Origin: an uncultured Anaerolineales bacterium
GTDB taxonomy: Bacteria > Chloroflexota > Anaerolineae > Anaerolineales > JABWBV01
Direction of reading: 5' to 3'
Length of the DNA: 64,000 nucleotides
Assembly (NCBI GenBank): GCA_964489525.1
Contig: CAZAYY010000010.1
Coordinates: forward strand, 68,934-132,933
Shown here: positions 63,754 to 64,000 of the stretch, piece after piece
How the letters are laid out: the number at the start of each line of letters is the position of its first letter
How positions within the stretch are numbered: the stretch's first letter is position 1
Program-made: the position numbers and the translations under genes
Notes under the pieces: model-generated
What the model was told of the DNA's origin: nothing
What the model saw: the letters and a program-made list of their open reading frames with translations, nothing else
The model's database searches: none

Positions 63754-64000
63754 GTGAACCAGACAACCTATCACCAAAACGCTACTGCAGGCAGAACCAA
63801 GTTCATTTTCGGTGGGGCGTTGATTCTTGCAGCAGTCGTTTACCTGATTGTTTCTTCTACCGCAGCCAACTCACAATACTATGTGACGGTGGATGAGTTG
63901 ATTGACCGGACTTCAAGCGGTATCAACCGTGAACTGCGCGTTTCGGGCGCAGTGGTGGGCGAAACCATCAGCTATGACCCACAAACCTTAACCCTGCGCT
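63754..64000 (+). CDS. ccmE: cytochrome c maturation haem chaperone CcmE (System I), N-terminal part; runs off the right edge
   Basis: Own translation from GTG 63754 (GGAGG 8 nt upstream): MNQTTYHQNATAGRTKFIFGGALILAAVVYLIVSSTAANSQYYVTVDELIDRTSSGINRELRVSGAVVGETISYDPQTLTLR. A TM helix followed by the YY.T..E.....G...RV.G.V pattern is typical of CcmE. Confidence 0.75.
   Translation, partial: MNQTTYHQNATAGRTKFIFGGALILAAVVYLIVSSTAANSQYYVTVDELIDRTSSGINRELRVSGAVVGETISYDPQTLTLR

Overview
The window is 64 kb of high-GC bacterial chromosome. Gene content looks Chloroflexota or Anaerolineae-like: a DUF3090/SCO1664/phosphomutase trio, DUF3054, many Pro/Thr-rich exported proteins, and lipobox- or TM-anchored cytochromes. 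That taxonomic placement is inference only. The middle, about 5.7-48.3 kb, is ordinary housekeeping. It carries rarA, gmk, polA, infA, rsmG, a class A PBP, methylmalonyl-CoA mutase/epimerase, an acyl-CoA carboxyltransferase, an ECF sigma/anti-sigma/HtrA block and MoxR. Short REP/MITE-like repeat families are scattered through it. Two regions stand out. (1) The left 5.7 kb holds an intact integron-type integrase (IntI). A canonical GTTAGGC core lies about 140 bp upstream of it on the opposite strand. That core abuts a degenerate, mosaic duplicate of the rarA 5' end. A 55-bp direct repeat carrying a promoter plus start codon flanks the integrase, and accessory genes sit nearby (nucleotidyltransferase pair, AlbA_2/Schlafen-like protein, GNAT). 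(2) The right 16 kb is a multihaem cytochrome island with six c-type cytochrome genes and about 45 haem-binding motifs. It contains three different quinol-dehydrogenase-type modules: NrfCD-like, cytochrome b fused to a c domain, and NapC/NirT-like. It also has a two-CW-like Cys-rich membrane protein, its own histidine kinase and NarL-type regulator, tandem perfect TGTGA-N6-TCACA operators, a shared inverted-repeat motif in three intergenic regions, and ccmE at the edge. I recognised no terminal reductase and no porin. I consider this island the best candidate for an undescribed electron-transfer system. All calls rest on reading the sequence and ORF track and on recalled family signatures. No searches were run. 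Hand-located motif coordinates may be off by 1-2 nt.
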